From an uncultured bacterium (lineage in GTDB: Bacteria; Desulfobacterota; Desulfobaccia; Desulfobaccales; 0-14-0-80-60-11): a stretch of DNA of 64,000 nucleotides. The stretch is taken from contig CALEAV010000014.1 in NCBI GenBank assembly GCA_937943575.1, positions 51,857 through 115,856 on the forward strand, given 5' to 3'. Shown here piece by piece: positions 55,477 through 64,000 of the stretch (position 1 is the stretch's first letter; the number at the start of each line of letters is the position of its first letter). The position numbers were made by a program, and so were the translations under genes. Below the pieces are notes generated by a model, which was given only the letters and a program-made list of their open reading frames with translations, ran no database searches and was not told where the DNA came from.

Positions 55477-56460
55477 TCATGGGTGAGCCCCGTAGCTGCC
55501 GGCGGCGGATTTCTTCCGCATGATCAGTTCCGGTTTCTTCAGGAACACCTTGGTGTCCGGGGGGACGGAACTCGTCAGCCAGACGTTGCCGCCGATGACC
55601 GAGCGGGCCCCGATCACGGTCTCCCCTCCCAGGATGGTGGCCCCGGCGTAGATGATGACATCGTCTTCGATGGTGGGGTGCCTTTTCTTCCCCCGCAGGG
55701 ACTCCACCTCCTCTGGGGGCAGGGAGAGGGCGCCCAGGGTGACCCCCTGGTAGAGGCGGACGCGGTCGCCGATCTCCGTGGTCTCCCCCACCACCACCCC
55801 GGTGCCGTGATCGATGAAAAAACTTTCGCCGATGCGGGCCCCGGGATGGATATCGATGCCGGTGAGGCTGTGGGCGTACTCCGTCATCATGCGGGGGATG
55901 AGGGGCAGTCCCTGGTCGTAGAGCTGATGGGCCAGGCGGTAGACCGTGATGGCAAACAGGCCCGGATAGCTGAAAATGATCTCATCGTGGCTTTTGGCCG
56001 CCGGATCCCCCTCAAAGGCGGCGCGCACATCCTTGGCCAACCGGAGGCGCAACGCCGGCAGCTGCTGCAGGAAGCGGATGGCCTCGGCCTGGCCCCGCTC
56101 TTCACAATGGCTGCAGTCCAGATCATAGCGCAGGCATTCATGCCGGATACACAGGGTCAACTGCTGCGCCAGGGCCTCGAAGAAGGCCGCGGCCTCCTGG
56201 CCGAGGCAGTATTCCAGATTGGCGTCGTCCAGAAGCTGACCGGTGAAATAGCCGGGATACAGGAGCCGGCAGGCCCGCTGAATGAGGTCCACCACCCCTT
56301 CCCGGGAAGGGAGGAAGCCGCAGCCGATGTGATGGAAGCCCTCCCCCCGGCGGCAGGACTGGACCAGCTGATGGACAACGGCCGGAATTTCGGCGCGGTA
56401 GTTCCGCTTGACCTGCACCTCGACCTTGCACACCTCCTCCGACGTGGCCCACCCGCTCAT
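55477..56460 (-). CDS. cysE: Serine O-acetyltransferase with an extended N-terminal domain
   Basis: Left-handed beta-helix hexapeptide region (IHPGARIGESFFIDHGTGVVVGETTEIGDRVRLYQGVTLG). It lies 3 nt upstream of cysK. Confidence 0.85.
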   Translation of the reverse strand: MSGWATSEEVCKVEVQVKRNYRAEIPAVVHQLVQSCRRGEGFHHIGCGFLPSREGVVDLIQRACRLLYPGYFTGQLLDDANLEYCLGQEAAAFFEALAQQLTLCIRHECLRYDLDCSHCEERGQAEAIRFLQQLPALRLRLAKDVRAAFEGDPAAKSHDEIIFSYPGLFAITVYRLAHQLYDQGLPLIPRMMTEYAHSLTGIDIHPGARIGESFFIDHGTGVVVGETTEIGDRVRLYQGVTLGALSLPPEEVESLRGKKRHPTIEDDVIIYAGATILGGETVIGARSVIGGNVWLTSSVPPDTKVFLKKPELIMRKKSAAGSYGAHP

Positions 56461-56514
56461 AAACCCCTCCAGAGGCTGCGCCGGGCTCCCCTTGCCCCGG
56501 CGAAAATTTTCAGG

Positions 56515-56542
56515 TTGACAGCCTTTCGATATAGTATATTAT
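56515..56542 (+). promoter_or_regulatory. Sigma70-type promoter for the homocysteine gene pair, in a divergent AT-rich region
   Basis: TTGACA-N16-TATTAT. The spacer and -10 contain the palindrome ATATAGTATAT and the direct repeat GATATAG (x2). Confidence 0.5.
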
Positions 56543-56602
56543 GCTGATATAGATTAAGCAACTATTTATTGCCGCAGGTCCCCGACCTGGAGGAGGGCGC
56601 TT

Positions 56603-57826
56603 ATGGCCAAAACCATCGCCGAAATCAACGACAAAATCCGCCAGGGGAAGGCAGTGGTCTGCACCGCCGAGGAGATCATCCCCCTGGTGCGGCAAAAGGG
56701 GCTGAAGCAGACGGCGGCGACGGTGGATGTGGTGACCACCGGTACCTTTGCGCCCATGTGTTCCTCCGGAGCGTATTTTAACCTGGGGCATACGAAGCCC
56801 CGCATCAAGATGGGGGGAGGCCGGGTGACCCTGAACGGCATTCCCGCCTATGCCGGTTTTGCCGCCGTGGACCTGTACATGGGTGCCACGGCCCTGGCCG
56901 AGGATGATCCCCGCAACAAAGTGTATCCCGGCAGGTTTTTGTACGGCGGCGGCCACGTCATCGAAGACCTGGTGGCCGGCAGGGACGTGCGGCTCACGGT
57001 CAATGCCTACGGGACGGACTGTTACCCCCGCCGCAGCCTGGATGCCTGGGTCCGGCTGGCAGACATGAACGAGGCGGTTTTGTTCAATATGCGCAATGCC
57101 TATCAGAATTACAATGTCGCCGTGAACCTGGGGGAGAAAGTCCTCTATACCTACATGGGGGTGTTGAAGCCCCGTTTGGGCAACGCCAATTACTGCACCG
57201 CCGGGCAGTTGAGCCCCCTCCTCAACGACCCCCTGTATCGCACGGTGGGGGTGGGGACGCGCATCTTCCTGGGCGGCGGCCAAGGGTATGTGGTGGCCCA
57301 CGGGACCCAGCACAATCCCGGGGTACCCCGCACGGCGGGGGGGGTGCCCCGGGTGCCCGCCGGAACCCTGGCCGTGATGGGCGATCTGAAACAGATGCAG
57401 GCCCGCTGGCTGCGGGGGGCCTCTTTCACCGGCTACGGGGTCACCCTGGCGGTGGGGCTGGGTCTGCCCATCCCCATCCTCGACGAGGAAATCCTCGCGG
57501 CCGCGGCGGTCAGCGACGAGGAGCTGGTGGCCCCGGTGGTGGATTACAGCCAGGCCTACCCCAACTGCCAGGGGGAGACCCTGGGGGAGGTGACCGTCGC
57601 CCAGCTGAAGTCGGGAGAGATCACCGTGGCCGGCAAAAAGGTGGCCACCGCCGGGCTGTCCTCCTATACCAAGGCCCGGGAAATCGCCCTGATCCTGAAA
57701 GAATGGATCGTCTCCGGGAGTTTTCTCCTGACCGAGCCGGTGGCCCCGCTGCCCGGTCCGGCCTCCGGCTATGCCGTGAAACCCTTCCAGGAACGGCCGT
57801 GGACCCCGTCCCCGGAGACGGTCTGA
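56603..57826 (+). CDS. COG1900 (DUF39) homocysteine biosynthesis protein
   Basis: The N-terminus KTIAEINDKIRQGKAVVCTAEE and length are typical of the family. It is followed by its usual NIL-ferredoxin partner. Confidence 0.75.
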   Translation: MAKTIAEINDKIRQGKAVVCTAEEIIPLVRQKGLKQTAATVDVVTTGTFAPMCSSGAYFNLGHTKPRIKMGGGRVTLNGIPAYAGFAAVDLYMGATALAEDDPRNKVYPGRFLYGGGHVIEDLVAGRDVRLTVNAYGTDCYPRRSLDAWVRLADMNEAVLFNMRNAYQNYNVAVNLGEKVLYTYMGVLKPRLGNANYCTAGQLSPLLNDPLYRTVGVGTRIFLGGGQGYVVAHGTQHNPGVPRTAGGVPRVPAGTLAVMGDLKQMQARWLRGASFTGYGVTLAVGLGLPIPILDEEILAAAAVSDEELVAPVVDYSQAYPNCQGETLGEVTVAQLKSGEITVAGKKVATAGLSSYTKAREIALILKEWIVSGSFLLTEPVAPLPGPASGYAVKPFQERPWTPSPETV

Positions 57827-57857
57827 CGGCAACCCTTGCAACCAGGAGGGGCTGACC

Positions 57858-58265
57858 ATGTCGAGCCGCAGGGTAGTCCTGAATTTCCCGCCGCACCTCA
57901 TTGACCAACCCATCACCTATCACCTGATTCGGGATTATGACCTAAAGGTCAATATCCTTCGGGCCCGCATCACTCCCAACGAGTGGGGCCAGATGGTGGT
58001 GGATATCAACGGCAACGGGGAAAATTTGGAACGAGGCCTGGCCTACCTGGCTGAAACCGGGGTCGTCGTCCAACCCCTGGACCGGGAGGTCCGGTGGCTG
58101 GAAGACCGGTGCATCCAGTGTTCGGCCTGTGTGGCCCACTGTCCCACCCAGGCCCTGACGGTGGACCGCGCCACCATGGCGGTTGCCTTCCACCGGGACC
58201 GGTGCATTGCCTGCGAGCTGTGCCTGAATGTCTGTGCCTATCAGGCCATGGAGATGTCCTTCTGA
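57858..58265 (+). CDS. NIL domain plus 2x[4Fe-4S] ferredoxin protein
   Basis: NIL-like N-terminus (VLNFPPHLIDQPITYHLIRDYDLKVNILRA) and two CxxCxxCxxxCP-type clusters (CIQCSACVAHCP, CIACELCLNVC). Confidence 0.8.
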   Translation: MSSRRVVLNFPPHLIDQPITYHLIRDYDLKVNILRARITPNEWGQMVVDINGNGENLERGLAYLAETGVVVQPLDREVRWLEDRCIQCSACVAHCPTQALTVDRATMAVAFHRDRCIACELCLNVCAYQAMEMSF

Positions 58266-58775
58266 CCCCGCAGGCCCGGGGAGGGGGGCCGGCCCGGCGG
58301 CAACCGGGCCGTCAACAGGAAGGGGGTTGCGGCCCCGGTCAGCCGAGGCGGAGGGCATACCGAGGGGACGGCGGGCGTCCTCCTCCCCTCGCCCCGCAGG
58401 ATGAGCTTCCGTTTTGGACGGCATCCCGCCAAGGGTGGGGCAGGGAGCAGGGGCGGATCTTCTTTCTTCCGGGAGTCGTTTTGCAGGGCGTCCCTCCCGG
58501 GGAAGGGTGCGGGGCGGATTTTTGCCCCCCTTGCCCCGGACAGAGGCGGCTGCAGGAGCCCTGCCGGTCCCGCAGCTCATGGAGGCGGTGAGAGGGGCGG
58601 GGCACATCCGGCCAGCCCGCCGCAAGCCGAAGGCGGGGCCTCCCGGGGAGGGCAGGGCCAACGCAGGAACGGCCCCGGCCGGCAGGGAGGTGAAGCCCCC
58701 TCGTCTGGGCGGGGGAGGGGTGGAGCATGGCCAATGGGGGGATAACCGCCGCCGGCTGAATCCCGGCAGCGGGTC

Positions 58776-59981
58776 TCAGCCGGCCCGGGCCAACAGAGCC
58801 TCCACCTTGTCGGTGGCCTCCCAGGGCAGGTCCAGATCGGTGCGGCCCACCTGGCCGTAGGCGGCCAGCCGCCGATAAAAGCTGCCTTTATGCTTGGCCG
58901 GCAGATGCCGCAGGTGGAAATCCCGCATAATGGCGGCGGGCCGGAAATCGAAGACCTGCTCCACCAGCTCGGCCAAGTGGTCATCGGCCAGGCGGCCGGT
59001 GCCGAAGGTCTCCACCTGGACGCTGGCCGGCCGGGTCAGCCCGATGGCGTAACTTAACTGGACCTCGCATTCCTCCGCCAGACCGGCGGCCACCACATTC
59101 TTGGCGGCGTAGCGGGCGGCATAGGCCCCGATGCGGTCGATGCGCAGGGGGTCCTTGCCGCTGAGGGCGTTGCCGCTGTGGCGGGCGTATTCGCCATAGG
59201 TGTCGGTGGCGTTCTTCCGGCCGGTGAGCCCCGAGTGGACCGCGGGGCCGCCCACTAGCAGGTTTTCCAGGGGATTGACGAAGATCAGGGTATGGGGGTC
59301 CGGCTGGATCTCCTCCTCCGCCAGGGCCGGGGCGATAATCGCCTCCCGCACTTCCTCTTCCAGGCGGGGACGGCTCACCCGGCCCAGGGCCTCCTGGCTC
59401 AGACTGATCACCAACGTCAGGCTGTGCAACCGATAGGGCCGCCGCTGGTGGTATTCCACCCCCACCAGGCTCTTGGCATCGGGGGAGATATAAGGGAGGA
59501 GCTTCTGGTTCCGGGCTGCCATGATCTGGCGGGCCAGTTTGTGGGCCAGCCAGATGGGCAGCGGCATCAACACCGGCGTCTGGCGGCAGGCGAAGCCGAA
59601 AATGGTGGCCTGCTGCCGGGCCTTGATGCGGTCGATGTCCGCGTCGCTCAACCGCTCCTCGTTGAAATAGAGGTCCGCCTCCATTGGATATTCCTGCAGG
59701 CTGGTGAGGATGCTGCAGGTGCGGGCGTCGAAGTCGGGTTTGGTATACCCCACCTGGCTGATCACCTTGCGGGCGAGGGCGGCGATATCGGCTTTGGCCT
59801 CCGAGGCGAAGCGGGCGGCGATGAACAGGATGGAGGTGGCCACGGCACATTCCGCCCGGACCCGGGAGTAAGGGTCCAGGAGCAGGAAGTGATCCACGAT
59901 GGCGTCGCTGATCTGGTCGCAGAGTTTGTCGGGATGCCCTTCGGTGACGGACTCGGAAATAAAGACAAAATCCTTTTTCAT
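58776..59981 (-). CDS. metK: S-adenosylmethionine synthetase-family protein (divergent MetK)
   Basis: SESVTEGHPDKLCDQISDAI, PDAKS, GLTGRK, DTYG, SGKDP and AAYAARYAAKNVVAAGLA are conserved. The GAGDQG loop is not. Confidence 0.75.
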   Translation of the reverse strand: MKKDFVFISESVTEGHPDKLCDQISDAIVDHFLLLDPYSRVRAECAVATSILFIAARFASEAKADIAALARKVISQVGYTKPDFDARTCSILTSLQEYPMEADLYFNEERLSDADIDRIKARQQATIFGFACRQTPVLMPLPIWLAHKLARQIMAARNQKLLPYISPDAKSLVGVEYHQRRPYRLHSLTLVISLSQEALGRVSRPRLEEEVREAIIAPALAEEEIQPDPHTLIFVNPLENLLVGGPAVHSGLTGRKNATDTYGEYARHSGNALSGKDPLRIDRIGAYAARYAAKNVVAAGLAEECEVQLSYAIGLTRPASVQVETFGTGRLADDHLAELVEQVFDFRPAAIMRDFHLRHLPAKHKGSFYRRLAAYGQVGRTDLDLPWEATDKVEALLARAG

Positions 59982-59988
59982 GGCAGGC

Positions 59989-60438
59989 TCACGGTCCGAT
60001 TTCCTTCAGCCACTCCATAAGACGGGCCTCGATCTGGTCCCGGACCTCCCGGAACTTGGCCAGCTGTTCGGCCTTTGACCCCTGGAAAGCCGCCGGGTCT
60101 TCGAAGGGCCAATAATACCGCCTGAGGACTCCCGGGAAAATGCTGGGGCAGTTGGCCTCCGCCCGCTCGCAGACGACGATGAGATAGCGGAATTCCTTCC
60201 GGCCCAGAAACTCACGCACACTTTTAGCATACTGCCCGGCCAGATCATAGCCTTTTTCCGCCATCACCTGCCGGGTGAAGGGATGAATCGCCGTCGGTTC
60301 CAGGCCGGCGCTGAAGACGTTAAACCGATCCCCCGCGGCCCGCTTCAGGAAGGCCTCCGCCATCTGGCTGCGGGCGGCGTTGCCGGAACAGAGGATCAGG
60401 ATGTTGGGTTTGTCGTCCGTGATCTCCGAGTCCTTCAT
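59989..60438 (-). CDS. Low-molecular-weight phosphotyrosine phosphatase / ArsC-type arsenate reductase family protein
   Basis: CX5R(S) P-loop: ILILCSGNAARSQMAEAF. Confidence 0.8.
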   Translation of the reverse strand: MKDSEITDDKPNILILCSGNAARSQMAEAFLKRAAGDRFNVFSAGLEPTAIHPFTRQVMAEKGYDLAGQYAKSVREFLGRKEFRYLIVVCERAEANCPSIFPGVLRRYYWPFEDPAAFQGSKAEQLAKFREVRDQIEARLMEWLKEIGP

Positions 60439-60512
60439 GTCCCCTCATTCCTCCTGCGCCATTGCCCTCGGGTGAGGGAGGGCGGAGGGCCCTTTGGCCT
60501 CCCCCTGGCACC

Positions 60513-63500
60513 TCAGAGAGTCCCGCTCCCTTCGCCCTCACCGGGAGCCCCCGGCTTGGTGGCTTCATTGACCACCAGCGGCAGCAGTCCGGCGGCCCCC
60601 ACCACCAGGAGGTCCAGCAGGCCCACCGGGGTCAGCCCCAGGAGGCTCCGCAACCCGGGGACAAACATGGTGAGGAGCTGCACGCCCAGGGAGCCGCCCA
60701 CGGCCCAGGTGAGGTAGGGGTTGGGGGGCAGGCGCCGGGCGCTGAACCAGCCAAGATGGTCGGAGCGGCAGCTCAGGGCGTGGAGGAGCTGGGCCGTGAC
60801 CAGACTGTGGAAGGCCAGGGTGGTGGCCTGGGGGCCGGGGCCGTAGCGGGCCAGGCCATACCCGTAGGCCCCCAGGGCGCCGGTGGTCAGGACCCCGGCT
60901 TCAAAGGCCAGGCGGCGATACTCCGCCGGGGTGAAGATGGGCCGCTGCGGGTCCCGGGGGGGCTGCTCCAGGATATGGGGTTCCGGAGGCTCCAGGGCCA
61001 GGGCCAGGCCGGGGAAGATGTCGGAGATCAGATTGATCCACAGCAGCTGCATGGCCGTCAGGGGTGCCCCCAGGCCCAGGGCCAGACCCGCCATGGACAG
61101 CATGATCTCGCTGAAATTGGTGGCCAGAAAGAAGTGTACCGACTTGCGGATGTTGAGATAGATGGTCCGGCCGTCCCGGATGGCGACAATCAGGGTCTCC
61201 AGGTTATCCTCTTCCAGGACGACATCGGCCACCTCCCGGGCGATATCGGTGCCGGTGTGGCCCATGGCGATGCCCACATCCGCCGCCTTTAGGGCGGGGC
61301 CGTCGTTGATGCCGTCCCCGGTCATGGCGATGACCTTACCGCTTCTCTGGAGCACCTGGACGATCTGGAGCTTGTGGGCGGGGCTGACCCGGGCGAAAAC
61401 CTGGACCCGGTCGGCCAGGGCCTGGAGCACCTCGGGACTGATGGCCGACAGCTGCGTGGAATCCAGGATCTCCAGGGGCAGCCCGCGGCTGAGCTGCAGC
61501 TCCTGGCCCACTGCGTAGGCGGTGGGCCCCTGGTCCCCGGTGATCATGATGGTATCGATGCCGGCCCGGTGAAAGGCGGCGATGGCCTCCTTCACCCCCG
61601 GCCGGATGGGGTCGGCCATGCCCACCAGCCCCAGCCAGACCAGGCCGTCGACCTCGTCGGCCATGGCGGCCCCCTCCTCCACCTCCGCATAGGCCAGACC
61701 CAGGACCCGCAAGGCCTCGCCGGCCAGGCGTTCATTTTCCTCTTCGATGGCCGCCCTGACCTCCTCCGTTAAGGGGCGGCGCCGCCCCCGGCAATAATAA
61801 AATTCGCAGCGGGCCAAAACCTCCAGGGGGCTGCCCTTCACCGCCAGCAGAAACTTGGGGCGCGGCTGGCGGTGCAGGGTCCCCATGTACTGGCGATTTT
61901 CGGCCCGGTAATTGACCGTCAGGAGAGGATAGCGCTGCCGCAGCTCCGGGACCTTCAGGCCGGCCTTCAGGGCCAGCTCCACCAGGGCCGCCTCGGTGGA
62001 GGTCCCCCGCAGCTGCCAGCCGCCGTTGTCCCGATACAGCTCGGTTTCATTGCAGAGCGCCGCCACCTGGAGGAGCCGCCGCAGCTCCGGCCTCCGGGAG
62101 GGGGACAGCGGTCCGCCCGGGCCCAGAAAGCTGCCGTTTTTGACCTCCACCGCCTCCTGACCCACCAGGAGGCGGACCACGGTCATCCGGTTCTGGGTGA
62201 TGGTGCCGGTCTTGTCCAGGCAGATCTTCTGGACCGACCCCATAGTCTCCACCGCGTGGAGATGGCGGACCAGGACCTGATGCCGCCGCATGTCCCTGAT
62301 CCCCAGGGCCAGGGTGGTGGTGGCGGCCGCCGGCAGACCCTCCGGGACGGCCGCCGCCGCCAGGCAGATGGCCTCCCGCAGCATCTCCAGGAAAGACAGG
62401 CCCCGCCCCACGCCGATGAGGAAGACCAGGCCGCAGAGCCCGCCGCAGAGAAGGACCAGGCGGTCGCCGATCTCCGTGAGCTGGCGTTCCAGGGGGGTCT
62501 GGGGGGTGGCCGTCTCCCCCACCAGGGTCTGGATGAGGCCGATTTCGGTGGCGCTGCCGGTGGCCACCACCACCGCCAGCCCCTCCCCCCCGGTGACCAG
62601 GGTCCCCATGAAGACCAGATTCAGCCGGTCGGCCAGGGGCAGATTGGCGTCCGGCAACGTCCGGGGATCTTTGAAGACCGGCAGACTCTCCCCGGTCAGG
62701 ACCGACTCGTCCACCGACAGATGCCGGGCGCTGATCAGGCGGGCATCCGCCGGCACATAGCTGCCGGGACGCAGCACCACCAGGTCGCCCAGGGTCACGT
62801 CGCTGGCCGGGATCTCCCGGGGCTGGCCGTCCCGCACCACCATGGCCGTGGGACGCACCAGGGTCTGCAGGGAGCGGATGGTCTTTTCCGCTTCGCTCTC
62901 CGTCCGGTAGCCGATATAGGCGTTGGCCACCACCACCCCGGCGATGAGCAGGGCATCGGTCACCCCGCCGGTGAGGAGCGACAGGGCGGCGGCGGCGCCC
63001 AAAAGGGCGGTCGGCAGGGACTGGAACTGATGGACAAAAATCTCCCAGGCGGAGCGGGGTTCGGACTCGGGCAGAAGATTGGGGCCGTACTGCTGCAGGC
63101 GCTCCCGCGCCTGGCGGCTGGTCAGCCCGGCGGCGGGGGAGGTCCGCCACCTGGCCAGGACCGCCTCGGCGTCCCAGGTGTGCCAGGGTTCCCGGGGCTG
63201 GGAGGCGGCCGCCGCAAACAGACTGCGGAGCAGCCCCGGCGACTGCGGTGGCGGCTCCCCCGGGATCGCCGGGGCTGCGGGAGCTGCCGGATTTCCCGCG
63301 GCTGCGGCTTCGGCCAGGCAGTCGTGGTATTCCCTCACCACCGCAGTCAGCCGGGCGGCGATCGCCTCGGACTGCAGCCCGGGGTCATATAAGACCAGGA
63401 CGTTGCCGGTGAGGGTGCTGGCCGAGACCTCGGTAATGTCCCCCCAGCAGGAGAGCCGGAGCTCCAGGAACTTTTTCAGTTCCGGAGCGCGATACAGCCC

Positions 63501-63554
63501 TGAGACCCGAAACCGGGCCCGGCCGGGCACTGCCGTGTGAAGAAGCTCAATCAC
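60513..63554 (-). CDS. Cation-transporting P-type ATPase (type II-like) with an about 110-aa N-terminal extension
   Basis: TGES, PEGLP, DKTGTITQN, MITGDQ and TGDGINDGPALKAADVGIAMG are present. The N-terminal segment looks like an HMA fold without a CxxC pair. Confidence 0.9.
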   Translation of the reverse strand: MIELLHTAVPGRARFRVSGLYRAPELKKFLELRLSCWGDITEVSASTLTGNVLVLYDPGLQSEAIAARLTAVVREYHDCLAEAAAAGNPAAPAAPAIPGEPPPQSPGLLRSLFAAAASQPREPWHTWDAEAVLARWRTSPAAGLTSRQARERLQQYGPNLLPESEPRSAWEIFVHQFQSLPTALLGAAAALSLLTGGVTDALLIAGVVVANAYIGYRTESEAEKTIRSLQTLVRPTAMVVRDGQPREIPASDVTLGDLVVLRPGSYVPADARLISARHLSVDESVLTGESLPVFKDPRTLPDANLPLADRLNLVFMGTLVTGGEGLAVVVATGSATEIGLIQTLVGETATPQTPLERQLTEIGDRLVLLCGGLCGLVFLIGVGRGLSFLEMLREAICLAAAAVPEGLPAAATTTLALGIRDMRRHQVLVRHLHAVETMGSVQKICLDKTGTITQNRMTVVRLLVGQEAVEVKNGSFLGPGGPLSPSRRPELRRLLQVAALCNETELYRDNGGWQLRGTSTEAALVELALKAGLKVPELRQRYPLLTVNYRAENRQYMGTLHRQPRPKFLLAVKGSPLEVLARCEFYYCRGRRRPLTEEVRAAIEEENERLAGEALRVLGLAYAEVEEGAAMADEVDGLVWLGLVGMADPIRPGVKEAIAAFHRAGIDTIMITGDQGPTAYAVGQELQLSRGLPLEILDSTQLSAISPEVLQALADRVQVFARVSPAHKLQIVQVLQRSGKVIAMTGDGINDGPALKAADVGIAMGHTGTDIAREVADVVLEEDNLETLIVAIRDGRTIYLNIRKSVHFFLATNFSEIMLSMAGLALGLGAPLTAMQLLWINLISDIFPGLALALEPPEPHILEQPPRDPQRPIFTPAEYRRLAFEAGVLTTGALGAYGYGLARYGPGPQATTLAFHSLVTAQLLHALSCRSDHLGWFSARRLPPNPYLTWAVGGSLGVQLLTMFVPGLRSLLGLTPVGLLDLLVVGAAGLLPLVVNEATKPGAPGEGEGSGTL

Positions 63555-63582
63555 GGCGCCGACGCAAAGGACTCACCCGCCT

Positions 63583-64000
63583 TCAGGAGGGGGAGGCAGT
63601 CGGCGGCTCCACCCGGCTCCGGGGCGCCTTCCTCTCTGCCTCCGCCTTGGCTTCCTGCTCCGTGGGGGAGGGGGCCGCCGTGCCTTTGGGGAGCACGGCT
63701 CCGGCCACATCCTTGACCCCTTCCACGGCGCTGACCAGCACATCCCGGACGGTGCCCACGGCGCTGAGGCTCAGGGAACCGACCGCCTCCAACGCCCCGC
63801 CCACGGCGGCCTTGGCGGCGGCGCCCACATTGGCGCCCACCATGCCGGCGGCTTCCATGACGCCGGCGACGGCGCTTTTGGCCACCAGGGCCACATCGCC
63901 GCCCACCTCCGCGGCCCCCCGGATGGCCCCCTTGACCAGCTGGGTGGCGGCCTGCTGGACATCGCCTCCCACATCCCCGACCCCCAGCAGGATGCCCTTG
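63583..64000 (-). CDS. Ala/Gly/Val-rich repeat protein (possibly 5'-truncated by the window end)
   Basis: Amphipathic-looking repeats (GAIRGAAEVGGDVALVAKSAVAGVMEAAGMVGANVGAAAKAAVGGALEAVG). The reading frame stays open to the window edge. I recognised no family. Confidence 0.4.
   Translation of the reverse strand, partial: KGILLGVGDVGGDVQQAATQLVKGAIRGAAEVGGDVALVAKSAVAGVMEAAGMVGANVGAAAKAAVGGALEAVGSLSLSAVGTVRDVLVSAVEGVKDVAGAVLPKGTAAPSPTEQEAKAEAERKAPRSRVEPPTASPS

Overview
High-GC (roughly two-thirds G+C by eye) bacterial chromosomal window, densely packed with housekeeping operons on both strands. I recognised no rRNA, tRNA, transposase, integrase or cas gene.

Content in order:
- pstS-pstC-pstA plus a tandem pstB pair, with no phoU in the window
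- UspA and a GcvH-like protein
- system II cytochrome c biogenesis (ccsB/ccsA)
- mnmA, then a Fur-family regulator, then a secreted EB_dh-like heme-domain protein
- a PilZ protein with an orphan ParA-like ATPase and a small partner ORF
- a secreted nitroreductase, a MacB-type ABC exporter and a ThiF-like E1
- flagellar regulon block 1 at 19.5-20.7 kb: flagellin plus a minimal MerR-like gene
- ldcA and a GT39-like glycosyltransferase
- DUF721, an aminotransferase, two YfcE-type phosphoesterases, ilvA, asnS, a SurA-like protein and mfd
- flagellar regulon block 2 at 40-50.3 kb: flgF, flgG-A-H-I, a rod-binding FlgJ-like gene, a FlgN-like gene, flgK-L and csrA-fliW
- sufC-sufBD
- a sulfur amino-acid block: cysE-cysK, the COG1900 plus NIL-ferredoxin homocysteine genes, and a divergent metK
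- an LMW-PTP/ArsC-type protein, a P-type ATPase and a partial Ala/Gly-rich protein

The most unusual aspect is non-coding. Many long GC- and purine-rich intergenic spacers are built from locally repeated units, each a conserved core plus a variable part, with a period of about 45-75 nt.

The clearest case is a tandem array at 31.1-31.7 kb. Its units carry GC hairpins that present GGA in the loop, followed by AAAGGAT. It lies directly downstream of an unknown gene whose sigma54 promoter and upstream palindrome match those of flgF. Its geometry is CRISPR-like, but the repeats are degenerate and there are no cas genes. An alternative reading is a Csr-type RNA sponge linked to the csrA-fliW-flagellin circuit in this window. 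Both readings are hypotheses that need transcript and binding data.
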